Positions 17,860-26,131 of a stretch of 64,000 bases of DNA are shown here, in pieces (position 1 is the first letter of the stretch; each line of letters opens with the position of its first letter). The position numbers and the translations under genes are program-made. Source of the DNA: an uncultured Planctomycetia bacterium (GTDB lineage: Bacteria; Omnitrophota; Gorgyraeia; Tantalellales; Tantalellaceae); assembly GCA_964409365.1 (NCBI GenBank), contig CAYPCX010000001.1, positions 312,699-376,698 of the forward strand, read 5' to 3'. The notes under the pieces were generated by a model, which was not told where the DNA came from, made no database searches, and was given only the letters and a program-made list of their open reading frames with translations.

Positions 17860-19269
17860 ATGGGTGTCATTCAATCCCTTTCCGTGGGCCGCAAAAGCTT
17901 GAAGTATAAGATAATGATAGCTTTTTCGCTGATGTCCATCATCCCGCTTCTGGTAGTCGTCTATTTTGTGACCAATTACGTCTTCCCTTACACTAAGAAC
18001 ATGACGCAGGTCAGCATCATCGTGCTGTTCACGCTGTGGATATCCTGGCTGGGATATCTCTTGATAAGACAGATAATCAACCCGGTGATAGACCTCGCCT
18101 TCGAGACCAAGATCATAGCCGAAGGAAAATACGGCTCGAAAGTGGCGCTTTCCACCGAGGACGAGCTGGGGGATATAGCGGAAGCCGTTAACGCGATGAC
18201 CGGGAAGATCCGATGCTATATAGGCGAGCTCCAGGATTACAGCAAAAAGACGGCGGCCCTGAACGTGCGCATACACAAGAAGGTGATCACGCTCACCAAC
18301 CTTATGCGGCTCGGTGACCTCATAAGCACCGGCACGGGGTTCGATGAGGTGATCAGTTTCGCGGCGGAGAAGATAGCAGAGGAGGTGGAGCAGGGTTTCT
18401 GCGCTATCTTCGTGAAGGAGAAGACCGGCGGTTTCGCCCTGAAGTCCTTCGCCAACAATACCGGAAAGGAATTTTCGAGCGCGCACCTCGAATCCACTGT
18501 CATATCCCTTGAGAGGATACTCATGCGGGACGAACACGTCATGGTGGATTCGCGTCCGCTGTCAAAGCCCTGGCAAAAACAGCTCCGGGAAAAGATGGGG
18601 CACGTCAACGCGCTCTTCTTCGGCATGAAGTCCACCAACAAGATGGTCGGGGCCATGGTGATGGGTAATTTCTCGGAAGATATGGAGTTCGAGGACGAAG
18701 AGATCGGTGTGGTCAGGGCTTTCGAGCGCGAACTGGTCCTCGGTTTCCAGAGCAGCCAGGTGTTCGAGAGGATCAAGAGCCTGGAGGTCGTGGACAGCCT
18801 TACGGGTCTCTATACCCGCGTGTACCTTGAGGACCGCCTCGAAGACGAGATCAACAGGGCCATATTCTACCAGAGGCCGTGCTCGCTGATACTTATCAAG
18901 GTCGACGATTTTGAGAAATATTCGGGCCACTACGGCGTGCCCAAGGCCAAGCACGTCCTGAGGCAGCTGGCGCAGCTTCTCGGCGGGGTCATGTCGCCGG
19001 TCGGGAAGGTCGCCCGTTTTGAGTACGACGAGTTCGCCATGCTGCTTCCCGAAAAGAACAAGCGCGAAACGATAGAAGTGGGCGAAGATATCCGCAAGCG
19101 TATCGAGGCGATGGAGCTTTCCAGCGATCCCTATGACAAGATAACGGTGAGCATCGGCGTGGGGGAGAACCCCATAGACGGGACTAACGCGAAAGAGATA
19201 ATAGCCAGGGCCTATTACAACATGGAAAAGGCCAAAAGCCTGGGAGCGAACAGGGTCGTAGGGGAATAG
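17860..19269 (+). CDS. Membrane-anchored HAMP-GAF-GGDEF-like protein with a degenerate active site (EYDEF instead of GG[DE]EF)
   Basis: N-terminal TM helices, HAMP-like segment, GAF-like region, C-terminal GGDEF fold (DSLTGLYTR...RFEYDEF...SIGV) lacking GG and lacking an RxxD I-site. Confidence 0.7.
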   Translation: MGVIQSLSVGRKSLKYKIMIAFSLMSIIPLLVVVYFVTNYVFPYTKNMTQVSIIVLFTLWISWLGYLLIRQIINPVIDLAFETKIIAEGKYGSKVALSTEDELGDIAEAVNAMTGKIRCYIGELQDYSKKTAALNVRIHKKVITLTNLMRLGDLISTGTGFDEVISFAAEKIAEEVEQGFCAIFVKEKTGGFALKSFANNTGKEFSSAHLESTVISLERILMRDEHVMVDSRPLSKPWQKQLREKMGHVNALFFGMKSTNKMVGAMVMGNFSEDMEFEDEEIGVVRAFERELVLGFQSSQVFERIKSLEVVDSLTGLYTRVYLEDRLEDEINRAIFYQRPCSLILIKVDDFEKYSGHYGVPKAKHVLRQLAQLLGGVMSPVGKVARFEYDEFAMLLPEKNKRETIEVGEDIRKRIEAMELSSDPYDKITVSIGVGENPIDGTNAKEIIARAYYNMEKAKSLGANRVVGE

Positions 19270-19292
19270 ATAAGAACGGACAAGGTAATAAA

Positions 19293-20360
19293 ATGGATGC
19301 GAAGATAAAGAAAATACTGGTCGACATGCCCCAAAAATGCGCGTCCGATCTTCACATAAGCGCGGATTCGCCTATCCATTACAGGATAAACAACGATCTG
19401 GTGGCGGTGGACGAGCAGGTGCTCACACCCGATGAGGCCAGGAAGGTCATATACAGCCTTATGACCGATCATCAGGTGCGGAAGTTCGAGGAAGAAAAAG
19501 AGCTGGACTTTTCCTTTTCCATCGCCGGGGTGGGCCGGTACAGGGCTAACGCTTTCATTCAACGGAACAGTCTCGGTTGTTCCATCAGGATGATACCGCT
19601 CAGGATCATGAGCATCAAGGAATGCGGCCTTCCCGTAGACATAGTTAAAGGTTTCTGTAACGCCAATAAAGGACTGGTGCTTGTAACCGGCGCTACCGGC
19701 AGCGGGAAATCCACCACGCTCGCCGCGATGGTGGAGGAGATAAACCAGACCCGGAAATGCCATATCGTGACCGTGGAAGACCCCATCGAATTCATCCACG
19801 ATAATAAGCAAGCCATCGTCGACCAGAGACAGGTGTTCGAGGACACGAATTCTTTCAACAACGCGCTCAGGCACGTGCTGAGACAGGATCCCGACGTCAT
19901 ACTTATAGGCGAGCTGCGCGACCTTGACAGCATACGGGAGGCCCTGGTCATAGCCGATACCGGCCATCTTGTGCTGGGAACGCTTCATACCTCGGACAGC
20001 ATACAGACCATAAACAGGCTGGTGGACATATTCCCGCCCTACCAGCAGAACCAGATAAGGTTCCAGCTTTCTTTCATCCTGCTGGGTATCGTAGCGCAGC
20101 AGCTCATACCCCGCAAGGATAAGTCCGGCATGGTGCTCGCCACCGAGGTCTTGGTATCCACCCCGGCCATAAGGAGCATGATCAGGGAGAGCAAGGAGCA
20201 CCAGATATATTCCATACTGCAGACGTCCCAGAAGTACGGCATGCGCACGATGAACCAGTCGCTGGCCGATCTTTACATGCAGGGAAAGATAAGCTATGAG
20301 CATGCTATATCGCGGTCTTCGAACACGGAAGAGCTGGAAAAACTTATAGAGAAGGGATGA
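19293..20360 (+). CDS. pilT: Type IV pilus retraction ATPase PilT
   Basis: 355 aa, Walker A GATGSGKSTTLAAM, PilT-type Asp/His boxes, AIRSMIRE motif. Confidence 0.9.
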   Translation: MDAKIKKILVDMPQKCASDLHISADSPIHYRINNDLVAVDEQVLTPDEARKVIYSLMTDHQVRKFEEEKELDFSFSIAGVGRYRANAFIQRNSLGCSIRMIPLRIMSIKECGLPVDIVKGFCNANKGLVLVTGATGSGKSTTLAAMVEEINQTRKCHIVTVEDPIEFIHDNKQAIVDQRQVFEDTNSFNNALRHVLRQDPDVILIGELRDLDSIREALVIADTGHLVLGTLHTSDSIQTINRLVDIFPPYQQNQIRFQLSFILLGIVAQQLIPRKDKSGMVLATEVLVSTPAIRSMIRESKEHQIYSILQTSQKYGMRTMNQSLADLYMQGKISYEHAISRSSNTEELEKLIEKG

Positions 20361-20366
20361 TGAAGA

Positions 20367-20813
20367 GTGGGTCCTGAAAAACGGATAGCGAAAAAACTAG
20401 GCGAGATCCTCGTAAACAACGCGGCTATCACCGAGGAACAGCTGCAGCGGGCGCTGGATTTCCAGAGGAGGGAAGGGGGCCTTCTGGGGGAGATCCTGGT
20501 CAAGCTCGGATATATAGGCGAGCGGGAGATAGTCCAGGCGCTGACCACCCAGTACGGGTTCCCGTTCGTCCTGCTGGAAAGCTTTGACTTCAACCAGGAA
20601 GCGGGGAAGCTGGTACCCGAGAACGTGGCGAGGCAGTACAGCCTGGTCCCGCTCGATATCATAGGGGAGCTCTTGACCGTGGCCATGTCAAACCCCCTCA
20701 ACGAAGCGGCCATCGACGACCTCGAAATGATAACAAAAAAAAAGGTGCAGGTCTTTATCAGCACTTTTACGTCCATACACGAAGGTATCAACAGGCTTTA
20801 TCAAAAGAAGTAA
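20367..20813 (+). CDS. Standalone GspE/PilB N-terminal (MshEN-type) domain protein, putative c-di-GMP receptor
   Basis: 148 aa; two tandem matches to the MshEN c-di-GMP-binding motif (KLGEILVNNAAITEEQLQRALDFQ and LLGEILVKLGYIGEREIVQALTTQ). Confidence 0.6.
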   Translation: MGPEKRIAKKLGEILVNNAAITEEQLQRALDFQRREGGLLGEILVKLGYIGEREIVQALTTQYGFPFVLLESFDFNQEAGKLVPENVARQYSLVPLDIIGELLTVAMSNPLNEAAIDDLEMITKKKVQVFISTFTSIHEGINRLYQKK

Positions 20814-20821
20814 TTTAAAAT

Positions 20822-22537
20822 ATGGCCCGGTCACTGACTGAAAAGATTTATGACCTGCTTATCGAGAAAAAGCTTGTTTCCGAAGAGGACCTCAAAAAGG
20901 CGCGTGATGTCTACACGAAAAAAGGAGGCAGCCTCAGCGATATACTGGTCAAGATGAACGTGGTCTCCAAGGACGACCTCTTGACCACGCTCAGCGAAGG
21001 TCTGGGCTTCCCGCCGGTAAACCTTTCGAGGGTCAAAATATCCGACGAGACCCTCAAGCTGATACCCAGAAGGATCGCCATGCTGTACCGCATACTTCCG
21101 ATCTCGCGCATCGGTGAGATGCTTACCGTCGCGATGGTGGACCCCCTTAATGTACTGGCCCTGGACGACGTCAAAGCGATCACGAAACTGGATATAAGCC
21201 CCGTCATCGCCGCGGAGGACGATATGGAAGAGGCGATAACCAGGTATTACGAACGGTCCGCCGACGAGCAGATCAGCGAGATCGTGGACGAGGCGGAAGG
21301 CGCGCGCATGGAAATGGTCGCGGAGGGAACGATGGATTTTTCCTCGGGAGAACTCTTGCGCGTGACCGAGGAAGCTCCCGTGGTGAAGCTTACCAACGTT
21401 ATCCTGAGCCGGGGGGTGAAGGAGAGGGCCAGCGATATACTGATCGAGCCCATGGAGACCAGTTCCCGGGTCAGGTACCGGATAGACGGTATATTGTCCG
21501 AGCAATATGCCCCTCCAAGGAAGCTCCATCATGCTATCGTCTCGCGTATAAAGGTAATGTCCGATCTTGACATAGCCGAAAGGCGGCTTCCCCAGGACGG
21601 GCGTTTCAGGATCAAGGTAGAGGACCGGAAGGTGGACTTCAGGGTCTCCGTGATACCTTCGAGCATGGGGGAAAAGGTCGCGCTCAGGATCCTCGATAAA
21701 CAGCAGGCGATGATAGACCTTGACAAGCTCGGGTTTACCGAGCGTGACAAAGAGAGGATCCGCAACTCCAGCAAAAGGCCTCACGGGATGATATTGATGT
21801 GCGGCCCGACGGGCTGCGGCAAGACCACCACGCTGTATTCGATATTGCAGTACGTGGACGATCCGGAAAAGAATCTCGTGACGGTCGAGGACCCCGTGGA
21901 GTACGAGCTCAAAGGGATCAACCAGGTAGCCATAAACGAGGATATTGGCCTGACGTTCGCGGGCTGCCTCAGGTCGATATTACGGCAGGACCCCGATGTA
22001 ATAATGGTCGGCGAGATACGTGACTTCGAGACGGTCGATATAGCGATAAAGTCCGCGTTGACCGGGCACCTGGTGCTGAGCACGCTCCACACGAATACCG
22101 CGAGCGGGTCCATAGTCAGGCTGGTCAACATGGGCGTGGAACCCTTCCTTATAGCGGCTTCGATAGAGCTAATAGGCGCGCAGAGGCTGGTCCGGAGGCT
22201 CTGCCCGGAATGCAAAGAGGTCTATCTTCCTTCTAAGGAGATCGCCGATAAATACGGGCTTTACAGCAGAAAAGGGGAGATCGCGAAGATATACAAACCG
22301 CAGGGCTGTAAAAGGTGCATGGGCACGGGTTACCAGGGGCGGATCGGGATAATCGAGTGCATGAAACTGACCCAGGGGATAAAAGAGCTCATATTCGCCC
22401 GTGCCGAGGAACGCGATATAGAAAAAAAAGCCAGGGAAGAAGGCATGACCACGTTAAGGGAGAACGGCATCGAGGACGTTCTGGCAGGCCTTACCTCTCT
22501 TGAAGAAGTGCTGCGCGTTACGGTGGAAGGCAGATGA
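20822..22537 (+). CDS. pilB: Type IV pilus / T2SS assembly ATPase, GspE/PilB family (paralog 1)
   Basis: Two N-terminal T2SE_N domains, Walker A CGPTGCGKTTTLYS, tetracysteine CPEC...CKRC. Confidence 0.9.
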   Translation: MARSLTEKIYDLLIEKKLVSEEDLKKARDVYTKKGGSLSDILVKMNVVSKDDLLTTLSEGLGFPPVNLSRVKISDETLKLIPRRIAMLYRILPISRIGEMLTVAMVDPLNVLALDDVKAITKLDISPVIAAEDDMEEAITRYYERSADEQISEIVDEAEGARMEMVAEGTMDFSSGELLRVTEEAPVVKLTNVILSRGVKERASDILIEPMETSSRVRYRIDGILSEQYAPPRKLHHAIVSRIKVMSDLDIAERRLPQDGRFRIKVEDRKVDFRVSVIPSSMGEKVALRILDKQQAMIDLDKLGFTERDKERIRNSSKRPHGMILMCGPTGCGKTTTLYSILQYVDDPEKNLVTVEDPVEYELKGINQVAINEDIGLTFAGCLRSILRQDPDVIMVGEIRDFETVDIAIKSALTGHLVLSTLHTNTASGSIVRLVNMGVEPFLIAASIELIGAQRLVRRLCPECKEVYLPSKEIADKYGLYSRKGEIAKIYKPQGCKRCMGTGYQGRIGIIECMKLTQGIKELIFARAEERDIEKKAREEGMTTLRENGIEDVLAGLTSLEEVLRVTVEGR

Positions 22538-24252
22538 CGAAAAAGACCATAAGGGACAAGATAATTGACGCCATTCTCGAGCGCAAGCTCGTTGACGGGG
22601 ACCGCCTGAAGGTCATCCTGGACGAAGGCAGGAAGGACAGGGAGAGCAACGTCATAAGGAAACTCATGGACAGCGACATGATATCCGACAGGGACCTTCT
22701 GATAGTCCTTAGCCAGGAGCTGAACATCCCGCCCATAGACATGACGAGAGTAGCGCTTGACCCGAAGATGATGGAACTCTTACCCGAGAAACTTGTCAGG
22801 CGGCATAATGTCGTCCCGCTGTCGCGAATAGGGGACCACCTGACGGTGATCGTCTCCGACCCGACCGACGTATTCACTATAGATGACATAAAGACCGTTA
22901 CGGGTTGCGGCGTGGAACTGGCTATCTCGACCCGCAGGAGCCTGCAGGAGGCCATACAGAGTTATTATTCCGGCGAGGAAATGGAGGACATAACCAGCAT
23001 CGTCGAGGAAGGGGAGGAAGAAGAAGCCGGGTCCGTAGAGATACTGGGGAAAGAAGAGGGTTTCGACATATCGGAGGTTACGAAGGAAAGCAAGGCGGCG
23101 CCCATCGTGAAAATGGTGGACCTCATAATAAGCGAGGCCATCAAGAAAAGGGCGAGCGATATACATATAGAGCCGATGGAGAGGTCGCTGCGCATCAGGT
23201 ACCGTATCGACGGCGCGCTCCACGACGTCTTCGACCTGCCTAAAAAGAACCAGAACGCGCTGCTTGCCAGGCTCAAGATAATGTCCAACCTCGATATTAC
23301 CGAGACAAGGCTGCCCCAGGACGGCAGGTTCAGGATAAAGATGGAAGGCAGGGAGATAGATTTCAGGGTATCCTGCCTGCCCATAACGAGCGGCAACAAG
23401 ATAGTCCTCAGGGCCCTGGACAGGAGCAACCTGTCGGTGGGCCTGGATACGCTGGGTTTTCTGCCGGGGCCACTGGACGATTTCAAAACGGCGCTTTCCA
23501 AGCCGTTCGGTATAATACTCGTGACCGGTCCGACCGGGAGCGGAAAATCCACGACCCTTTATTCCGTGCTCACGGAACTTAACGTCCCCGAGAGGAATAT
23601 AATAACCGTCGAGGACCCGGTGGAATACCAGGTGGCCGGTATAACCCAGATAGCCGCGAAGCCGGAGATCGGACTGGATTTCGCGAACGGCCTGCGCGCG
23701 ATCCTGAGACAGAGCCCCGACGTGATAATGGTCGGCGAGATAAGGGATTTCGAAACGGCCGATATCGCCATCAAGGCGTCGCTTACGGGGCAGATGGTGC
23801 TCAGCACGCTGCATACCAACGACGCGGTGGGCGCGATCACGCGCCTTGAGAACATGGGCATAGAACCTTTTCTGGTAGCGTCCAGCCTGCTCATGGCGTG
23901 CGCCCAGAGGCTGATGAGGAAGATCTGCCCGTACTGCAGGAACGAGGCCACCCTGCCGAAAGAGGTCATAAAGGACATCAGGGCGAAATTCCCGGAAGCG
24001 CGCGGCGTGGAAAAGTTCTTTGAAGGCAGGGGGTGTTCGAGGTGCAACAATACGGGGTACCTCGGCCGGATGGGTACATTGGAGACGGTTCTCGTAGATG
24101 ATACGTTGAGGGAGATGATTAACAAGAAGACCTCCGAGCAGGATATAAAGGAGTATCTGAACTCGAAAGGGGTAAGGACGCTCAGGGAGAACGCGATGAT
24201 AAAGTTCATCAAGGGGGATACAACCCTTGAAGAGGTATTAAGGGTCACCTGA
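22534..24252 (+). CDS. Type IV pilus / T2SS assembly ATPase, GspE/PilB family (paralog 2)
   Basis: Walker A TGPTGSGKSTTLYS, tetracysteine CPYC...CSRC; start ATGA overlaps the stop of paralog 1. Confidence 0.9.
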   Translation: MTKKTIRDKIIDAILERKLVDGDRLKVILDEGRKDRESNVIRKLMDSDMISDRDLLIVLSQELNIPPIDMTRVALDPKMMELLPEKLVRRHNVVPLSRIGDHLTVIVSDPTDVFTIDDIKTVTGCGVELAISTRRSLQEAIQSYYSGEEMEDITSIVEEGEEEEAGSVEILGKEEGFDISEVTKESKAAPIVKMVDLIISEAIKKRASDIHIEPMERSLRIRYRIDGALHDVFDLPKKNQNALLARLKIMSNLDITETRLPQDGRFRIKMEGREIDFRVSCLPITSGNKIVLRALDRSNLSVGLDTLGFLPGPLDDFKTALSKPFGIILVTGPTGSGKSTTLYSVLTELNVPERNIITVEDPVEYQVAGITQIAAKPEIGLDFANGLRAILRQSPDVIMVGEIRDFETADIAIKASLTGQMVLSTLHTNDAVGAITRLENMGIEPFLVASSLLMACAQRLMRKICPYCRNEATLPKEVIKDIRAKFPEARGVEKFFEGRGCSRCNNTGYLGRMGTLETVLVDDTLREMINKKTSEQDIKEYLNSKGVRTLRENAMIKFIKGDTTLEEVLRVT

Positions 24253-24259
24253 TAACGAT

Positions 24260-25480
24260 ATGGCAAAGTTCAACTATACGGTAAAGGACAGGGAAGGCAG
24301 GACCATAAAGGGAAGCCTCGTGGCGCCGGACAAAAAGCAGGCGGTCGACGCCCTCAGGAACAGCAACTACTTTGTCCTCAAGCTCGAACAGGTAGCCGAG
24401 AGAGGGGCCTTGCTCTCGTCTTTCAAGCTCCCGGGCGGCGGGAAGATCAACCTGGACGAACTTGTCGTGTTCTCCCGCCAGATGGCCACGATGATAGGCT
24501 CCGGCATCACCGTTGTCAATTCCCTTGACATCCTGGCCGAACAGACGACCAACGAAAAGTTCAAGGCCACACTGAACGAGATACGGAACGCGGTGAACAC
24601 GGGGGCGAGCCTGTCCGACGCCATGATGAAACACTCGGCCGTGTTCTCCCCGCTTTTCGTCAACATGGTGAAAGCGGGGGAGTCCAGCGGCACGCTCGAC
24701 GTCATTCTTGACAGGGTGGCATCGTACATGGAAAAGACCAACGCTCTCCAGAAAAAAATAAAATCAGCGCTTGTATACCCCGCCATAGTGTCTTTGATGG
24801 CTATCGGCATATCCCTGGTGATGATACTCAAGGTCATTCCGGTATTCAAGGATATGTACAAGGGGTTCGGCGCGGCGTTACCGGCGCCGACGCAGTTCCT
24901 TATAGACGTCAGCGATTTCATACGCGGCAATTTCCTGATATTTACAGGAATAGTCGTCGTTGTTGCCTTTATCTTCAGGTGGTACCTGAACTCGGAAAAA
25001 GGTAAACTGAAAGTGGACGGCATCAAGCTCAAACTTCCTATCTTCGGGCCTCTCTTAAAAAAGGTAGCCATAAGCAAGTTTACCAGGACGCTCAGCACGC
25101 TGGTAAAAAGCGGTGTTCCCATATTGGCCGCGCTTGAGATAGTGGCCAAGACATCCGGCAACCTTGTCGTGGAAAGTTCGGTCGACAGGGTAAAGGACAG
25201 GGTAAGGGAGGGGGAGAACATAGCGGCGCCTCTTGAAAAGAGCGGCATTTTCCCGCCGATGGTCACCCGTATGGTGGCTGTGGGAGAGAAGAGCGGACAG
25301 CTGGAGAAAATGCTGACCAAGATCTCCGATTTTTTCGACGAACAGGTCGATTCCACCGTCAACGCTTTGACAAGCCTGATAGAACCGCTGATAATAGCTT
25401 TTCTGGGGCTGATCATAGGCGGTATAGTGCTTTGTATGTTCCTGCCGATATTCAAGATATCCTCGATCGTCCAATTCTGA
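24260..25480 (+). CDS. pilC: Type IV pilus inner-membrane platform protein PilC (GspF family)
   Basis: Two T2SSF repeats, 3 TM, 406 aa. Confidence 0.9.
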   Translation: MAKFNYTVKDREGRTIKGSLVAPDKKQAVDALRNSNYFVLKLEQVAERGALLSSFKLPGGGKINLDELVVFSRQMATMIGSGITVVNSLDILAEQTTNEKFKATLNEIRNAVNTGASLSDAMMKHSAVFSPLFVNMVKAGESSGTLDVILDRVASYMEKTNALQKKIKSALVYPAIVSLMAIGISLVMILKVIPVFKDMYKGFGAALPAPTQFLIDVSDFIRGNFLIFTGIVVVVAFIFRWYLNSEKGKLKVDGIKLKLPIFGPLLKKVAISKFTRTLSTLVKSGVPILAALEIVAKTSGNLVVESSVDRVKDRVREGENIAAPLEKSGIFPPMVTRMVAVGEKSGQLEKMLTKISDFFDEQVDSTVNALTSLIEPLIIAFLGLIIGGIVLCMFLPIFKISSIVQF

Positions 25481-25656
25481 AATCCATTCGAAGATCGCTG
25501 TAAGACGTTAAGGATCATAATAGTGTGAAATGGAAATTAAAGACTTTTACAAAGCTGAGCAAGAATTTGCATTTACTGGTCCTCAAATGTATACTTGAAC
25601 TAGAGGATATTGTTGAAGTGTATCCTCAATACGCTCTTTGAAAGGAGGTGAGAACG

Positions 25657-26001
25657 ATGAAGATGCGCAAATTTCTTGGCAAAGGTGGCTTCACGCTTGT
25701 TGAAATCATGATAGTTGTCGCAATTATAGGTCTATTAGCGGCAGTAGCCATCCCGAACTTTGTACGCGCGCGCGAAAGAGCCCAGACGAATGCCTGTATC
25801 GCCAACCTTAAACAGGTTGACGGTGCGAAGACGTTGTGGGCCCTTGACACAGGGGCGACTTCCGGGGACGCATGTGTAATGTCCAACCTGGTGACGTCTT
25901 ATATCAAGTCGACACCGAGTTGTCCGGCAGGAGGCACGTACACGGTAGGCAACATAGGGACCGAACCGGCATGTACGGTTTCGGGACACGTGCTGCCGTA
26001 A
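25657..26001 (+). CDS. Type IV pilin (prepilin with class III leader; candidate major pilin)
   Basis: MKMRKFLGKGG|FTLVEIM with G-1, F+1, E+5; hydrophobic alpha1 helix; 4 Cys in C-terminal globular part; strong SD AGGAGG 8 nt upstream. Confidence 0.8.
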   Translation: MKMRKFLGKGGFTLVEIMIVVAIIGLLAAVAIPNFVRARERAQTNACIANLKQVDGAKTLWALDTGATSGDACVMSNLVTSYIKSTPSCPAGGTYTVGNIGTEPACTVSGHVLP

Positions 26002-26027
26002 TAATTACGGCATTTCAAGCGTGAGAA

Positions 26028-26065
26028 AAAAGGAGGGTGGATCATCCACTCTCCTTTTTTTTTAA
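26028..26065 (+). terminator. Rho-independent terminator after the pilin gene (bidirectional-looking: A-run, GC stem, T-run)
   Basis: aaaaaaggagggtggatcatccactctccttttttttt: 10-bp stem with one mismatch, followed by T9. Confidence 0.8.
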
Positions 26066-26131
26066 ATAAGGATAAGGGGTGGGGCAGGGAGATACTTGTC
26101 TTTACCCGCCGCACATGGTATTTTATTATTC

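Noticed and set aside
19293-20360. Whether the ATPase at 19293 is PilU rather than PilT
   Set aside because: The sequence has the PilT-type AIRSMIRE/GMxTM region and is the only retraction-type ATPase in the locus, so I kept the pilT call. PilU cannot be excluded without phylogeny.
25481-25656. Sigma54 (-24 GG / -12 GC) promoter upstream of the pilin gene, as often found for pilA
   Set aside because: I could not find a convincing TGGCAC-N5-TTGCW match by eye, only weak fragments, so I did not report one. A computational RpoN-site scan would settle it.
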